Assembly: GCF_016433145.1 (NCBI RefSeq) | Contig: NC_058132.1 | Span: 86,641,166-86,705,165 of the forward strand | Direction of reading: 5' to 3' | Source of the DNA: Gracilinanus agilis | Lineage: Eukaryota | Length of the DNA: 64,000 nt | In this document: one piece after another, positions 1-13,789 of the stretch | Numbering within the stretch: the stretch's first letter is position 1 | Layout of the letters: every line of letters starts with the position of its first letter | Made by a program: the position numbers and the translations under genes | Notes under the pieces: model-generated | The model's database searches: none | Told to the model about the DNA's origin: nothing | What the model saw: only the letters and a program-made list of their open reading frames with translations

Positions 1-62
<62 letters not shown>
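1..62. repeat. (GA)n microsatellite, cut by window edge
   Basis: Perfect GA dinucleotide run. Confidence 0.99.
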
Positions 63-66
<4 letters not shown>

Positions 67-109
67 AAGTTCTGAAGATAGTTGAATAGCAATCAAAGGA
101 AAGAAAGAG

Positions 110-600
110 CTTTACATTTAGGCAAATTGACATCTTCATATCTGGGTACCACATTTTAGGAAGGACATTGAGAAGATGGAGATATTCAGGTGGGGAGGAT
201 GTCTAGACTGATAAGGGGACTGGAAGATTCATTGAAGTAAACAGGGATTGTGAGCTTGAAGAGAGAAAATTCAATGTGATGGGAAGAAGGTAGAAAAGAT
301 TGCTTTCTGCAAACATTATGAATGTGGTTCTTTGCAAGAGACTTATCCTCTTTGCTTACAGGGGAGAGAAGTGGAAAAAATGGATAGAAGTTGAAAGAAA
401 AGGAGATTTCAGATCAATGTAAGAAAATATTCGGAAACAAACAATTGTTCAAAGCTGGAATGGATGGACTCTGGAAACAGTCATTTTTCTATATTAGGGA
501 GATTTAAGCAGAGATTGCATGACAACTTGGGGTTGTCCTAGAGATGATTCTTGGTCATGCATCAATTAGACAAGATTATATCTAAAGTCCTATAGATTTA
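110..600 (+). mobile_element. CR1/L3 LINE 3' fragment
   Basis: ctgggtaccacattttaggaaggacattgagaagatggag and the downstream 3' UTR resemble recalled CR1/L3 end sequence; heavily decayed. Confidence 0.7.
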
Positions 601-769
601 TTTTATATTTTATATAAATTATATATGCAACATATATAAAGCTATTTAATATTCATAATTAATTTTCATTAATTTTCATAATTCATAAAATATACTATCC
701 AGCTTTTGTATTCCTGGTATGTTACCTGACCTTGTTTCATATGTACCAGCAATGCAAAAACTAGATTCT

Positions 770-1000
770 AAAAATAGAGCTAAGAGTAATAACTTCCAGA
801 ATAAGATGAGCATAATGAGGAAACCTAAGGACAACAAAAGGTTTTTTGTCCACTGCTAGATGTCAATGTTTTGGATTATATTGGAGGGAAAAGGAGGATC
901 AAAAGAGGGACAATTGACAACAGGGAAAACTCAGAAATCCTCAATTTTAATTTTGCTTCTGCTTTTTCTGCCAAGGTGAATATCTTTGGACAGGAAAAAA
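770..1000 (+). mobile_element. CR1/L3 ORF2 fragment
   Basis: aaggacaacaaaagggttttt...ctcaattttaattttgcttctgctttttctgccaagg resembles the CR1 pre-RT 'LN..FASVF' region. Confidence 0.5.
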
Positions 1001-1129
1001 AATAAGATAGTGAGAGAGCACTTGGGTTCCATTTATGAATTCAAGTCGTTTATCACACAAGGGAAAATAAGATCAGTTTGTATTGTAGAGTGTGAGAAAA
1101 GAAATGTGCTATTAACTTAGGGTTAGGTT

Positions 1130-1378
1130 GTAAAGAATGTTACATGGGAAACAGAAATTTATATTTTCTTTTCAAACAAATGTTTTTAACTTGGGAATTT
1201 TGAACTTGTTTTTTTAGGAAATGATTTTATAACTATATTTCAGGATCAATGGTTTCATTTGTAATCTTAAATTTTCAACTTTTTAAATTTAAATTCATTA
1301 CTCAGAAAAGGAGTCCAGAGGCTTCACTAGACTACCAAAGGGGTCTATGACAGAAAAAAGGTTGAGAATCTGTTCTAG
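1130..1378. mobile_element. MER5-like hAT-Charlie non-autonomous DNA transposon remnant
   Basis: gaaaaggagtccagaggcttcactagactaccaaaggggtctatgacagaaaaaaggttgagaatc resembles the recalled MER5 terminal region; left boundary uncertain. Confidence 0.5.
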
Positions 1379-1529
1379 AGGCAAAAAAGTGGCCAGTGGA
1401 GTTTAATGAGAAGAACAGTGACATGATTATACATAAGCTTTAGGAAAATCATTTTGATAACTGAGTGGAGGATGGTTTGGAATGGGAAGAAATTTGAAAA
1501 TTGAGAGGTTGTTGCATTAGTCCACATGA

Positions 1530-1800
1530 ACAGAAGTTTCCAATGTAGTGATCCATGGACCTATGCTTAGCTCTGTACTGTTTAATATTTTAAACAGTGC
1601 CATGGATAAAAAAGAATGGCTGAAATACTTATCCAGTGTACAGATGACACAAAACCTGAAAAGAAAACTAATAGTTTATGTAACTGTCAGAATCCAAAAG
1701 AAAATTTGATGGGCAAAAATATTGAACCAAATAGAATAAGATACACTTTAATATGGGAAAAATTAAAACCTTAGATTTGGTTTTAAAAGTGTCTTCATAG
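1530..1800 (+). mobile_element. CR1/L3 reverse transcriptase fragment
   Basis: Decayed 'GVPQGSVLGPVLFNIF...ADDTKL' coding pattern (tctgtactgtttaatatttt...cagatgacacaaaacctg). Confidence 0.6.
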
Positions 1801-1819
1801 AAATCAAAGCTATCAATAA

Positions 1820-2035
1820 TCATATGAAAAATGTTCTATGTCCTTTTAGATTAGAGAAATGCAAATTAAAGTAATTCTGAAGTACTAATTCACACCTGTC
1901 AGACTCACCAATATAAAAGTAAAGTGATAAATATTGGAGGGGATGTGGCAAAATTGGGACACTAATATATTGCTGGTGGATTTGTGAACAGATCCAACCA
2001 TCCTGGAGGGCAATTTGGAACCATGCTCAAAGGCT
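1820..2035 (+). mobile_element. L1 ORF2 C-terminal fragment
   Basis: attagagaaatgcaaattaaag...tggaggggatgtggcaaaattgggacactaat...gcaatttggaacc is typical marsupial L1 ORF2 end. Confidence 0.85.
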
Positions 2036-2619
2036 CTCGTCTCCAGGTCTGGTTTTCTATCCACTAAGGCACTTAGCTGTCCCCATTACATCTATGTTAA
2101 AGTGATAGAAACACTGTCATGTGGAAGAGGCATTAGCCTTGTTCTGCTTAACCCAGGAAGAAAGGAATAGTGGATTGAAGATATAATTCTTGATATAAGG
2201 AAAATTTCATCATTTAAGTTATCCAAAAGCTATGGAGGTAATGGGATCTCCCTCTTTAGGCATCTTCAACAGTACCTGAATGATTACTTTTCAAGTATAG
2301 TGAAGGAGAGATGCACTGGGGATATGGACTGGGCTTAAATGTTCACCAGGGTCCCATCCAACTCTAAAAATATGAGATTCTATAACTATACTTTTCTGAA
2401 CCTTATTTTTTGAGATTATTTCTCCTAAATTTATGAATAAAGTTTTTTAGAGATAACTAACTCAGGCTGCTTGAGAGTTTCTATTCCATCCTAACTTTGG
2501 AGATTTAAGAAATTCAGGCAACAAAGGTAGCCATTACTCACCCCAACCTCAGAGAAGATTTGAGGTAAAGGTCTATTAAAAAGTAAGGAAATTATCAAGG
2601 TGTGACTTTCTGTGTTTCT

Positions 2620-2905
2620 GGGGGAAGCATGAGGAAGGAAGGAGGAAAAGCAGAGAAAAAAGAAGAAAACAAGTAAAGGAGTAATAGGAGGGAGAGGAGA
2701 CAAGGAGTGCAAGGGGAACCAGAATGAGGTGCTACCCAGAAGAAAAGGGAAGGGAAAAGGGGAAGGGAAAAAGGGAAAGGAGAAACAGGAAGAGGACGAA
2801 GAGAAGAAGGAGAGGAAGAAGGAGAAGAATCATCATCATCATCAAGGAGAAGAGGTAGGAAGATGAAAAGGAGGACAAACCATATAGAGAAGAAGAAGGG
2901 AAGAA
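2620..2905. repeat. Purine-rich (GA/GGA/GAA) low-complexity tract
   Basis: Almost entirely A/G, with a short (CAT)n inside. Confidence 0.9.
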
Positions 2906-3396
2906 ATTATTGCTTTGTGTTCTTGAATATTTTATTTACTTGTTGGATCAAGGAAGTTTGGTAAGAATGATAGAATGAAGGATCTGGGGTAATGTGAGGA
3001 CATAGGCAATGGCTGCAAACTAAGCACTGTTTTGATAATAAATCAGTTGTTATCATTTACTACAATAGGTTGGGAAGATTGAATTTATAGAGGTTAGGGT
3101 TAACAAGAAAGACTTCCTGGACCAGTTGAGTTGTGAATCTGCCTCAAGATTTAATTGAAAGGCTAAGGGAAGTTGTTCCAAGTGTTGGCATGGAGTGAAG
3201 GAAGGAGATGTTGAGGAGACCTACATGGCTAGAAGAGAAGGTCTATGCTGAGCAATAGAGTGAGATATAATGTTAAATAGAACAGTTTTAAATTATGGAG
3301 ATCTAGAATGCTAGACTGAAGGACTGATCAAAATGATCTATTCTTTTTTTTCCTTACCATGAAATTTGACTGTAGAGACTGAACAAAACTTTCAGC

Positions 3397-4341
3397 ATGG
3401 GAAGTTCATCCACTAATAGTACAGGATTACCTCCTTTCACCCTGACTGGCCTCCCAGGACTTGAAGATTCTCAGCACTGGATGTTCCTGCTACTTGGAGC
3501 CCTCTACTCTGTCTCTATTGTGGGGAATAGCCTGATTCTCTTCATTGTCAAAGAGGAGCAAAGTCTGCACCAACCCATGTATTACTTCTTGTCTCTGCTT
3601 TCAGTCAATGACCTTGGTGTGTCCTTATCCACACTGCCCTCAGTGCTGGCCACTTTCTGCTTCCATACCCAGGAGATTACTTTTGATGCCTGTATGGCCC
3701 AGATGTTCTTCATCCATCTCTTCTCTTTCATGGAGTCTGGGATCCTACTGGCCATGAGCTTTGATCGTTATGTAGCTATCTGTAACCCACTGAGGTATTC
3801 TACCATTCTCACTGATGCCCGAGTTGCACAAATGAGCCTCTTCATTGGTGTTCGCAGCTTCTGTATGGTTTTTCCACTGCCCTTCCTCCTGAAGCGTCTG
3901 CCCTTCTGCAAAGCCAACATCCTATCCCATGCTTACTGCCTACACCCAGACCTTATCCGTCTACCCTGTGGGGACATCACTATAAATAACATCTTTGGCC
4001 TGTGCATTGTTCTCTCTACCTTTGTCCTGGATTCTGTGCTAATTTTCCTTTCCTATGTTCTTATCCTCCACTCTGTGTTGGCTATTGCCTCCCAAGAAGA
4101 ACGTCTTAAAATACTAAACACATGTGTATCTCACATTTGCGCAGTTCTTATCTTCTATATGCCCATGATGGGTGTATCCATGGTTCACCGCTATGGGAGA
4201 TATGCACCACCATATGTGTTTACACTAATGTCCCTTGTCTACCTCTTTGTCCCTCCCATGCTCAATCCTGTCATCTATTCCATCAAGACAAAGGAGATCC
4301 GTCAGAGGCTCATCAGGTTATTCTCTGTGACTAAACCCTGA
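3397..4341 (+). CDS. Class I olfactory receptor, family 51 (tentatively OR51R1-like), 314 aa, intact
   Basis: LHQPMY, MSFDRYVAIC.PLRY, SHAYCLHPD, SY, K.LNTCVSH, HRYG, PPMLNPVIYSIKTKEIR; N-glycosylation site NST; candidate splice acceptor AGs at 3374-3375 and 3394-3395. Subfamily from memory only. Confidence 0.97.
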   Translation: MGSSSTNSTGLPPFTLTGLPGLEDSQHWMFLLLGALYSVSIVGNSLILFIVKEEQSLHQPMYYFLSLLSVNDLGVSLSTLPSVLATFCFHTQEITFDACMAQMFFIHLFSFMESGILLAMSFDRYVAICNPLRYSTILTDARVAQMSLFIGVRSFCMVFPLPFLLKRLPFCKANILSHAYCLHPDLIRLPCGDITINNIFGLCIVLSTFVLDSVLIFLSYVLILHSVLAIASQEERLKILNTCVSHICAVLIFYMPMMGVSMVHRYGRYAPPYVFTLMSLVYLFVPPMLNPVIYSIKTKEIRQRLIRLFSVTKP

Positions 4342-7300
4342 ACAGTAGAAGCTGGATAAAAACACCAGCTGCACACAGCACGACCCGATCAAGTGTTGGT
4401 TTTACAAGATTTACACAAAGATATTGGTGGCTGACATTTGTGTAATCTCTAACACACTGGATGTTTTGGAGAATATGGGTCATGACATAATTTCTAAGCA
4501 GACAGACTCCTCATAATAGATTAATTCACTGATTCATTGCCTCTTACACACATTTCCACTAGATTCTACTTTTTCTCTGCATGTACTATGACTTTTTACA
4601 CTATTCTAGCTTTTTGCAGCAACCAAATCCTGGAAACAGTCATAATGTGAGTTATATCACAGACCAGATTGCATTTTCCCATAGAAATAAAGTTTCCATC
4701 AGGGAAGAGAAGAAGAGTTCATCCATGGGTGAGCTCTTGGTTTCAAAGAAATTGTAGTCATGAAAAACTATTTTCTTTTAAGCAAAAATAAAGATTATAA
4801 TCTAGTTTAAGCTCCTACTACACTTGTGTTATGGATTGGATAACTGACTGATATCTTGTGATTTACAGTTCCAAGGAACAAGCATCTCTCTCTTAGTCTT
4901 GAGAACAGTTTGGCACAATGGAGATCTTTGAGACAAATGGGAAAGTTATAGACCAAAGTTGTTAAAGAGATACACACAGGCAAGGAAAGTGACCAAGATG
5001 AATAAATAAATCAATAAACATTTAATAAGTGTCTGCTGTGTGTCAGACACCGTTCTAAGTGTTAAAAGAAAGGGGATCTCAATAGTTGGCTTTCAGGAAC
5101 AAAAGGGTCAATCTTCCCAATCTTGCCCAAGCCTTAGTGTGCTTTTCTAGAAACATTCTGGCACAGGGGAAACAAGAAGGAAGAAGGAAAAAGGAAGATT
5201 AAGCTATAGTAGAGAAAGGAAAAATCAAGGATTATTTGTTCCTATGGGAATCTCAGAGTGCAGAAGATATAAGCTGAGGCTACCAGTTGTACGTACCTTT
5301 TCAGTGATTGAGGGAAATTCCAAGAATAGGTCTGCTTCCCTCTTTGCCTCCCCCACCCCAATTCCTCATTTTTGTATCTATCCATCAATAAACTCTATAA
5401 CACACTCTGCTGGCTTTTCCCCCTAAACATTTCAATAACCTGAATTTTTTATCCTTTATAAAAGAATTCTGGGTTATTTAGATATAAGCAAAAATTTAAA
5501 TCAGAGCACAGCCAAATCTCTCTGTAAATGTTAGGAACTTTTCTTAACTGGGACCTCTGCATCTTTGTGGTTGTACTTCCAATTTTTTATAGAATATAAA
5601 TTCCAGAAAGTAATAAAAAGTATATAATAAATGTTTATTGATTGACTGACCACATTGAGCTGAAAGGAATATAAAACACTTTCTGTGACATGAGGTAGCT
5701 TGATAAAATCTACAAACTATAAAGGAGAAGAGAGAAGACAGTGATAAGGTGTGTCTGCTGTCAAGCTGAATCACCCACATCAATACCACCCAACCACCAT
5801 TAATATACAGTTATAAACCAAGGAAAATAAAATTGTCAGAAACACAATACTATATATGTAGTGAATAGAGTGTTGGACTTGGGTTTGGATCCATCTTTGA
5901 CACTAATTATTCCCAACTGTCCTACTATGAGTGAATTATTATATATCTCTGACACTTGGTTTCCTCATCTGTTCCTCACAGAGTTTCGTGGAGGCTAAAA
6001 CTAAATAGTGAATGTGTAAGGTGTTTTGCAAACTTTAAATTGACCTAAAATGTCCACTATTATTATTCTATATGAATATGTAAATAAACTAATAACGTGT
6101 GTACTTGATTATCATAAAATGTATGTATATCTAAAGCAATTTTGTCCAGTCCTGGGAAAAGCCAAGTCAATAAGCATCAATGAAATACTTACATGTTCCA
6201 GACATTTTAGTAAGAATTGGGAATAAAAATACAAGCATAAAGATATTCCTTGCCCTCAAGGAGCTGACATTTGAATGGAGAAAGACAACATGTAAAATGA
6301 TGCAGTAAAGGAGTAGAGAAGGAGAAGTTATCCATTTAGGGACATGTTAAAGAAAGTCTGAAGAGTTAGGAGTGGATCTTGGATAAGTAGGAAATCAATA
6401 TTGTCTGGGGCACTTTATTAAAGTAGAGGTGGAGGTTCTGGGAGGAAGCAGCCAATCAGAAGAAGGTGTCACAGGGATGGAGTATAATTCTTGTGTGAGA
6501 AGTCCAGAGGTGGAGTGAACTTCCAAGGTGAAGATGTCTTGGCATGAGAGAGAATGTCCAGAGTGAGGAGCAGAGAAAATGGAGAGTAGGAGAGTAATGA
6601 AATGTTTACTTTTTTTCTGCCCTGACTTTACCTATACCTGGCCCTCTTTCACAACTCAATGTGGGAGCCTGAAAGCTTTCATTGCTTCCAAAGTATTGTG
6701 ATCTGAGGAAAGATTTGCTCACTGCTCTGTGTTTGAGCTCCATAAGTTCTTGACCCAGGTTTGAAGGTGTTGGCTTGTGTGTACTTGAGTTTCGGTAGAT
6801 TGCTGATGGATTCTGTCACTGTTATCCTACTTTGAGTGACTGACCTGGTGGCTCCCTTTCAGTCTTGGTTTTCTGCAGGCTTATTTGCTGAGCCAAACAT
6901 TAGAAAGGAATCATTGCTCTGCTTCTAAACTAAGAGTCACATAGTTAAGTTTCTGGAATTTGCTTTGTGCTTACTACTCAGCTAGGGCCACACACTTGTT
7001 CTTGGCTGCTTTTCTTCTCTCTTCTTCTATGATAAAGATGGAGATCCTTCCAAAAAAGAAGCATACAAAGACTGCACTATGTCTTGGGCTTGGGATTTAG
7101 CTCTCTTCAGCCTACTTTTACTTAGTGGTAAGTGGCCTTGAAGTCTGTTCATAGACAACTAGGGAAGCTGTGCTAACTTGTACCTCTACTTAGTTGAGAG
7201 ATTGATACTAGAACCTTCAAAATCATTGTTGTCCACTATGTTAGATATAGACAGTAGCAATGGACTGGTATTATGGTAAAGGGGCAAAGGGCTAGTTGTA

Positions 7301-7499
7301 ATGATGAACTTGAAAAATAAGGTTAGTATGAGTAAGAGATGACATTATGATGTCCCTCTTTAAATATGTTCCCCAAGACTACACACAATATTTTATATGT
7401 GACCTGACAAAGCATTTTAATTAGTACAGGCTAAAATTATAACAGTATTCATTGGCTACTAAATCACACCTCTAATTTACATTGAGTTTAAAAAAAGTA

Positions 7500-8290
7500 A
7501 AATTCTTCAACTTCTGTCTACCCATGTCTCTTTCATCCTTTACTTCTGTGGTTGATTTTTTGAGTCCAAGTTTAGGACTTAACATTTAATCTATATTGAA
7601 TTCAATCTTTTTATTTTTATTACTATTATTTTTATATTATTATTTTATAATAATATTATTGCTATTATTATATTTATATAACTATAACTAATAAAACCCT
7701 TAATGGATCCTGATTCATTCAATGTGTTAACTATTCTTTTAAGTTTAGTATCATCTACATATTTGGTTAGATGGCATCTTCATTTCTTTCTGATTTAGAT
7801 TTCTAATTAAATTGATAATTCAAAACAGTGCCTATGACAGAGACCCATGACACATCACTACAGCTCTCTTTCCTGGTTGACAATGGCTGTTACTTTGGGT
7901 GCAGTTATTCAACTGGTTTAAAATGATCCTGTCTGAATGATTATCTATTTTACATCTTTCAAACTTGTTCAAAAGGATATCATGAATGATTTTCTTAAGT
8001 TTCTTAGTGAAATAAAGATATACTTTGTCACTGGCAGTCCCAAGTCAGAAAGTGAGTTGGTTTGTTGATTAGAATCATGAAATCATTAACCTGGAAGGAT
8101 CCCATATGTCATCTAGTTCATCCCATGTTGAGTATGAATCCCTTTTACACCAACTCTGATCATGTAGTTTCTGTATCAAATCCTCAATAATACTTTTTAG
8201 AGATCTTATTTCCTTTTGTGGGAGACTCCAGTTGTTAGGAAGTCTTTCCTCATATTGTATCCCTTTGTAATGCTCACTCATTAGAATTAG
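7500..8290 (-). mobile_element. CR1/L3 LINE fragments (RT region and 3' end)
   Basis: Reverse strand resembles CR1 RT and 3' UTR (gtatcatctacatatttg..., gttaggaagtctttcctcata). Confidence 0.6.
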
Positions 8291-8890
8291 TTTTATGTTT
8301 TAGGGCCAAGTAGGATAGGTGAATTATTATTGATACTATTTGAGAAATTGTGGAGAATGGAAACATAGTTGTAGGTCTAGAAATGGGAAAATGTCTCAGT
8401 TTTTAAAGGGGGAAAATTATGTATTCTTCAAACTATACAGTTATGAACAGGTTACACTGGTTCTGTGCATAATTTTTTATCAAATTAATTTGTTTCATTT
8501 TCCCCAAACAATGCAATTTATCCTGAGCTCTAAGGAGGACAGAGAAACTGGCATCTTATATTATTTTTATTTTGTTTGAACAACAGAAGAATATGAATAA
8601 ATCAAAGATGACTATGTTCCAGGCATTGTACTAAGTACTACTTTAACAAAGTGGACAGTGGTGATCCTAAAGGTTCTTGTAGTCTCAAGGAGTTTACAGT
8701 CTTGCTGCAAAGGGGAAAATTAAATTTCTGCATATGGGAAGTAATGTGGATGTAAAGGGAGGTGTATAACTTCAATTTTTCTTTGAGTTGATAGTTGATA
8801 GTTTTATCTGAGCCTGACACAGTTACTGATGTTCCTACCAACTCAGCCCTGATCCTCTGATCATACCTAAGTGGAGCCCAGACCACCAAT

Positions 8891-9263
8891 ATATTCTACT
8901 TGGCCACATATCTTGGACTTGGCAGCAACAATTCTTCTAACTCAAGGACCTGAAGAAGATCTTGAACAGTGCAGGCATCAGGGTGGATGAGGAAGGTCAT
9001 CAGTGAACTAAGTGGTTAGAACATAGGAGATGTAATTGTTTAAGGCAGCAGTAAGTTGGCCCCCATGCTGGCTGGAAATGTCATTGCTATTGCTGCCAGT
9101 GCTGGCTCTGCTGCCCCAGCTTGAAGTACTGAACCTGCTGCTGCAGAGAAGGAGGGAAAAAAAGAGAAGAATCAGAAGAATGTGACAATGACATGGGCTT
9201 TGGTCTCTGAGCACCTGCTTCCATCTCTGAGTGAATAAAGGTTTTATTTAAAAAGCAAAAAAA
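8891..9263 (+). pseudogene. RPLP2: Processed pseudogene of 60S acidic ribosomal protein P2
   Basis: With frameshifts reads ..KDLKKILNSAGI..KVISELSG*NIGDVIV*G..KLA..AASAGSAAPA..PAAAE..ESEECDNDMGFGL*; intronless, start ATG>ATA, AATAAA at 9234-9239, A-rich tail 9250-9263. Confidence 0.93.
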
Positions 9264-9739
9264 GTTGTTTAGGATTTTGCAAAGAACCATGGGATGACTG
9301 AATTTCTTCCAGATGGAGTTGATGGCAAGAGAGCACGAGGACAATTCTAGAGTCACTCTTGAGGATGAAATGCAAAATACCACAAGTCCCAATCAGTTAC
9401 CATTTAGAAACTTAAAACACAGAAGGGGGGGAAACATAAATATTAGGTTTTATTGTACTTTAATGATTTCTTTTGTTGTGCCTCAATAGAATGATTTTTA
9501 TACTAAAAGTCCCCCAAAGGAAAAAAAAATCACAGATGCAGATAAAACAAATAGGTATCAACTTTCTCTAAAGTTCCCCCTGTTGCCTAGTCATGCTATG
9601 AAGGTGACCCTGTGCTTCTTGAAGATTCAAAATCTCTACCAGTAGAGCATAAACTGGAAAGGCTTCAAATAAGATTTCAGTATATTTGTCATAAGGACCA
9701 GATAATATTAAAGAAAAATAGTCACTTTTTGTTATTGTC

Positions 9740-9965
9740 TGGTCCTTTCAATCAGATCCAATTTCTTGTGACCCAATTTGGTATATTTTGGCAAAGATAT
9801 TGGAATAGTTTGCTATTTCCTTCTCCAGCTCATTTTACATATGAAGGAACTGAGGCAAATATGATTAAGTGAGTTGCCCAGAGTCACTCAACTAGGAAAT
9901 AAGGCCAGATTTGAACTCAGAAAGAGGAGATATCATTCTAACCACTGTATTTACCTAGCTGTACT
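9740..9965 (-). mobile_element. MAR1-type marsupial SINE
   Basis: tttgctatttccttctccagctcattttac...gaaactgagg-like core and aagtgagttgcccagagtcac...gatttgaactcag. Confidence 0.75.
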
Positions 9966-10816
9966 GAGACAGTCATTAGTGATTCATTTTATAATTTTGG
10001 TTACAGCAACTCAGGCAGATCACCTACCAAAAATAGAAAGCTTGAGATTTGCACCGTTCAAAAGAATATCTATGGGAATATTGTCATGTATCCTTAAAAT
10101 ATTGAATAAATGTTTCTTGAATGAATAAAGTCATGAAAGTCACTGGGGCCTCACCATTATTACACAAATGTGTATTTTATACCTTAGAGATCATAAATGT
10201 GACTAAGAGGAGAGAGATTCCTCAGCTAGATTAGTTGAGTAGTTGATGCCAGGGTCCACACTATGAAGAGTTAAGGGGGCTTTCTGAGAAAATGAGAGAA
10301 AGAGGAAAAATATTCAGTATCTTCAAAGTCTTTATAATAAACCAAAGAAAGAAAGCTATGGTCAGGGCTAGAAGTCCCTTTATTTTACATAGTACTAGCT
10401 GTAAGGATTCTATACCCCCAAGACTCCCTAATTAATAGCCAAATTTCACAAATAACATCCTAGATACTGAGGAGTAATTGGGGATTGAACAGATACCAAG
10501 GAGTTATATAGTTTTTCATCTCGGACTCAGACTGAGTGACAGCTAAAACCTATCTCAATGAATAATAAGAGGAAGTTAGTAATGGAGGAATATTAAAACA
10601 TCAAAAAATCACGTGGGGATTATAAATACAAGATTTTGATTCCTTCCTCTCAGAAAACATCTTCCTTGCTCACTTCCTCAACAGCTTCTACCCAAAGCTG
10701 CTCATGTTTTAAAGGTGGGCTTTAGCAATCCCTTATGACTAGGAAACAAATGGTCTAACCTGGACATTCAGGAGTTAATTCCATCCCTGCACCAGTGTAC
10801 CCCCAAGAGAGGACAA

Positions 10817-10819
<3 letters not shown>

Positions 10820-10883
<64 letters not shown>
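10820..10883. repeat. (GA)n microsatellite
   Basis: Perfect dinucleotide run. Confidence 0.99.
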
Positions 10884-10886
<3 letters not shown>

Positions 10887-10919
10887 TAGTTTCTAGGGAA
10901 TCACCTTTAATCCCCTTGG

Positions 10920-11310
10920 AGTCCTGGAGAGGACTCTATCAGCTTTTCCTTCTGTCTGCCACCTACTTATCCATACTCTCCCACTCAGTCCCCCATGCTC
11001 ATTCATCCATCAGTAATTCTACCCTTAGCCTTTCAAACATGCCCACTTGGTCAAACTTAGTGAAACCCGCACACCCACATTCACACCCACTCTCTTTAAC
11101 CTTTGACTTATTGGTACTTACTCTCTCCATCTCTTATCGAGACCCTACACTCACCTTCTAATATTTCTCTATTCATTTCCCAACCCTTACTGAATCATTC
11201 CATTTTCTACTATTTTTTTCTGAATTCTTTATACCATACAGTTCAGTCATTACCCCAATTCCTGTCCTCACTCAGTCTTAATCAGAGCCTTCCTTACTCA
11301 TCTATTTACT
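10920..11310 (+). mobile_element. L2 LINE ORF2 fragment
   Basis: C/T-rich decayed coding sequence; the ORF track peptide HPHSHPLSLTFDLL resembles the EN-domain 'PTH..GHTLDL' motif. Confidence 0.5.
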
Positions 11311-12835
11311 GTTCCTAAGTTTCTCACACTCAGCTTACTGAGTACTTCACCCAGACCACCCATATTTGTTCACCTATTTGTCCCTCCCCACACTTAGCTT
11401 CATTTCCTTTACTTCCCTTTCTTCTCCTTCCCACTCTGAAGTGTAGTCTCTGTTTGTACTCTACATGATGGTGAGTGTACCAGGGAACTTTTTGGGGATT
11501 TTGGGGGGTATATTTCAATAAGTAGCAAGGGACAAAGAGGGAGCAAATTTGGGAACATAAAGGTTGATATGTTCTCAGAGGAACTAGTAGGGTAGATATC
11601 TAGAAAAATTTATGGAGATTGGGGATCAGAAAGGCTGCTAGGGATAGAATTTGTATGTATATTGGGAGCAAGGTGTTGAAATCATCTTGCCAGTACACAA
11701 CATCCTAGGACCACTTTTGAGTGTGAAAATAGCTCTCAGATAATCATATTTCCTGAGAATAATAGAATGTTAGAGATGGAAGGGACAGGGGGACTTTGGA
11801 GATATTCCAGATAAACTCTTTCACTTTATGGATGAATGAACTGAGGACCAGAGATAAATAAAGTGCTTTTCACACAGGAAATGGAATCTGGGCAAAGTTG
11901 TAATGGTAGCTGTTTGACAATCAGCTCTCCAAAAAAATGCATGCCATACTTTCAAATTTAATCTGTATTATTAATATTTTCTCCATCATTTCCTTAAGTG
12001 TAGACATCATCAAAACAGTAAATCAAACTGTGATTTGTGGCATCTGCCTCTTTCTAAGGAATAAATTCTCATACTGAAAGTTTAACAATTAACTCTTATA
12101 AGATCCAAATAAGTTAGCAACCTGGGGATGCTATAAATTCCCTCTCACTGGAGCTCCTCAAATAGATTCTAGATGGCCATTTGTGGGAAGTTGTAGAGAA
12201 GATTTGTTTTTAGGTGTTTGAGGTTTCTTCCAGCTAATATTCTGATTTTTTGAGGACTTAAAGCTCAGTCTACTCTTACTTAGTTCCTTGCTTCCTTTTT
12301 GTCTAGAGGTTCAGAAAGAACACTGGTCAGCCTCTCAAAATTTCATCCTTTCAAATGGGAAATGCTTATCCTAGTGCTCTGCCATTGTTTTCTTCTGCAG
12401 CAGAATCCAGAGGATAAGAGAATGGGACACAGGCGTGTTATATTTGGGTCTTTGAGTACACGCTAAAATGATATTTAATCTATCAGGGTGCTCGATATTT
12501 CATTTTTCTTAATATTTCCTTCCTTCAAAAGGAAGCTATTTAATCTCATTTTCTTTTAAACATGGCTAAAATGTGGAGGGAAAGATTAGCTAGGCTTTCA
12601 AGTCCATGAGAATTATAAACTAGTGCATAAACAAGGGAATTTCTGAATCATTCATTCCTCAGTCAAATTAATCAGATCCAGTCTATCTTCTAGCATCCAA
12701 GAAAAATAGTCGTTTCAATTCAGCCAAATGGAAATTTGGACTCAGGGAAACCTATTTTGCTCTATAATTTTTCTCATGTTTATCTTATTTTTCCTTTTAT
12801 GTAACCTGTATTTTTACTGCTATAGGTTAATCCCA

Positions 12836-13064
12836 TTCCCTAGGAGATAAAAATCAGCTGAGGCTTGTTCTTGTTCCTCATACAGAGATGTCGAACTTGA
12901 GGAGATGATGTTACCCCATGATTCATTGCATCAATTGTGGAGCTGCCCACATACTTCTCTGGGCTCAGGTTTTTGGAGCTATGGATGCTTTTAGGGTCCT
13001 TTCTTCCTGTGGGCAGAACAAGAAGAAATGGGCTGAAGTTGTAGCAATATGGATTGGAGTGAGT
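12836..13064 (+). promoter_or_regulatory. Candidate promoter / non-coding first exon of the OR at 14866
   Basis: O/E (EBF)-like site TTCCCTAGGAGA at about 12836-12847, TAAT cores nearby, donor GGA|GTGAGT at 13059; strong acceptor at 14860. Confidence 0.4.
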
Positions 13065-13789
13065 TAAAAATGCTGTTTTGCAGTAAGGAATATGAGATAT
13101 TGTATGATCTGTCACTTCCCTCTCCTTCCCTAACCCGAGTTGCAGGCAAAAACCAACCCTGAGATGAACTGAGGTTTGAATGGGGATAGATAGAGGTGTG
13201 AGGAGATGGAGATGAAGTGGCTAGAAAGGGGGCAGTCTTCTTTGTTTGTATGGAACATAAGACTTAATATGTGTTTGCATGTCATGATGTCAGTATGAGT
13301 GCTTCCTTGTGCATAGGCATTTGTGTGTATATATGTATATATGTGCGTTTTATATGCAAATGAATGCCATTTGTAAGTCTTAAGATGGGCAAATGAGGGT
13401 CAGTAGGATTACTGCTGTACTTGGAAGTAGCCACATTGGAGGTAAACAATGTTCAACTTGGAAACCCTAAAGGCAAGATTTAATAAGGACCAAAAGTTTT
13501 CCCTGACTCCTAACATTTCCCTAACTTTAATGATTGAAGTTCCATCTTGGACTGCCATTTTGGCTAGTGTTCCCCATTAAATAGATAGATCAAATATTTA
13601 AGTGCTTACTATATATAAGGTACTGTTTTAAGTGCTGGCAATAGAAAACCCATAAAACAAAGTCATCTCTACTTTCAAACAGCCTCCCTTCTATTGGAGG
13701 AAGAAAATACATCAAGTAATGCTCTAAAGCTAGAGTGGGGATGGGGACTGGATGTTAGAGGAAAGGGATCAATGTGGATGAGATGTTTT

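Noticed and set aside
6860-7135. Acceptor-like (ttttctgcag) and donor-like (gtaagt) sites defining a possible exon
   Set aside because: No reading frame or recognisable product; such site pairs are common by chance.
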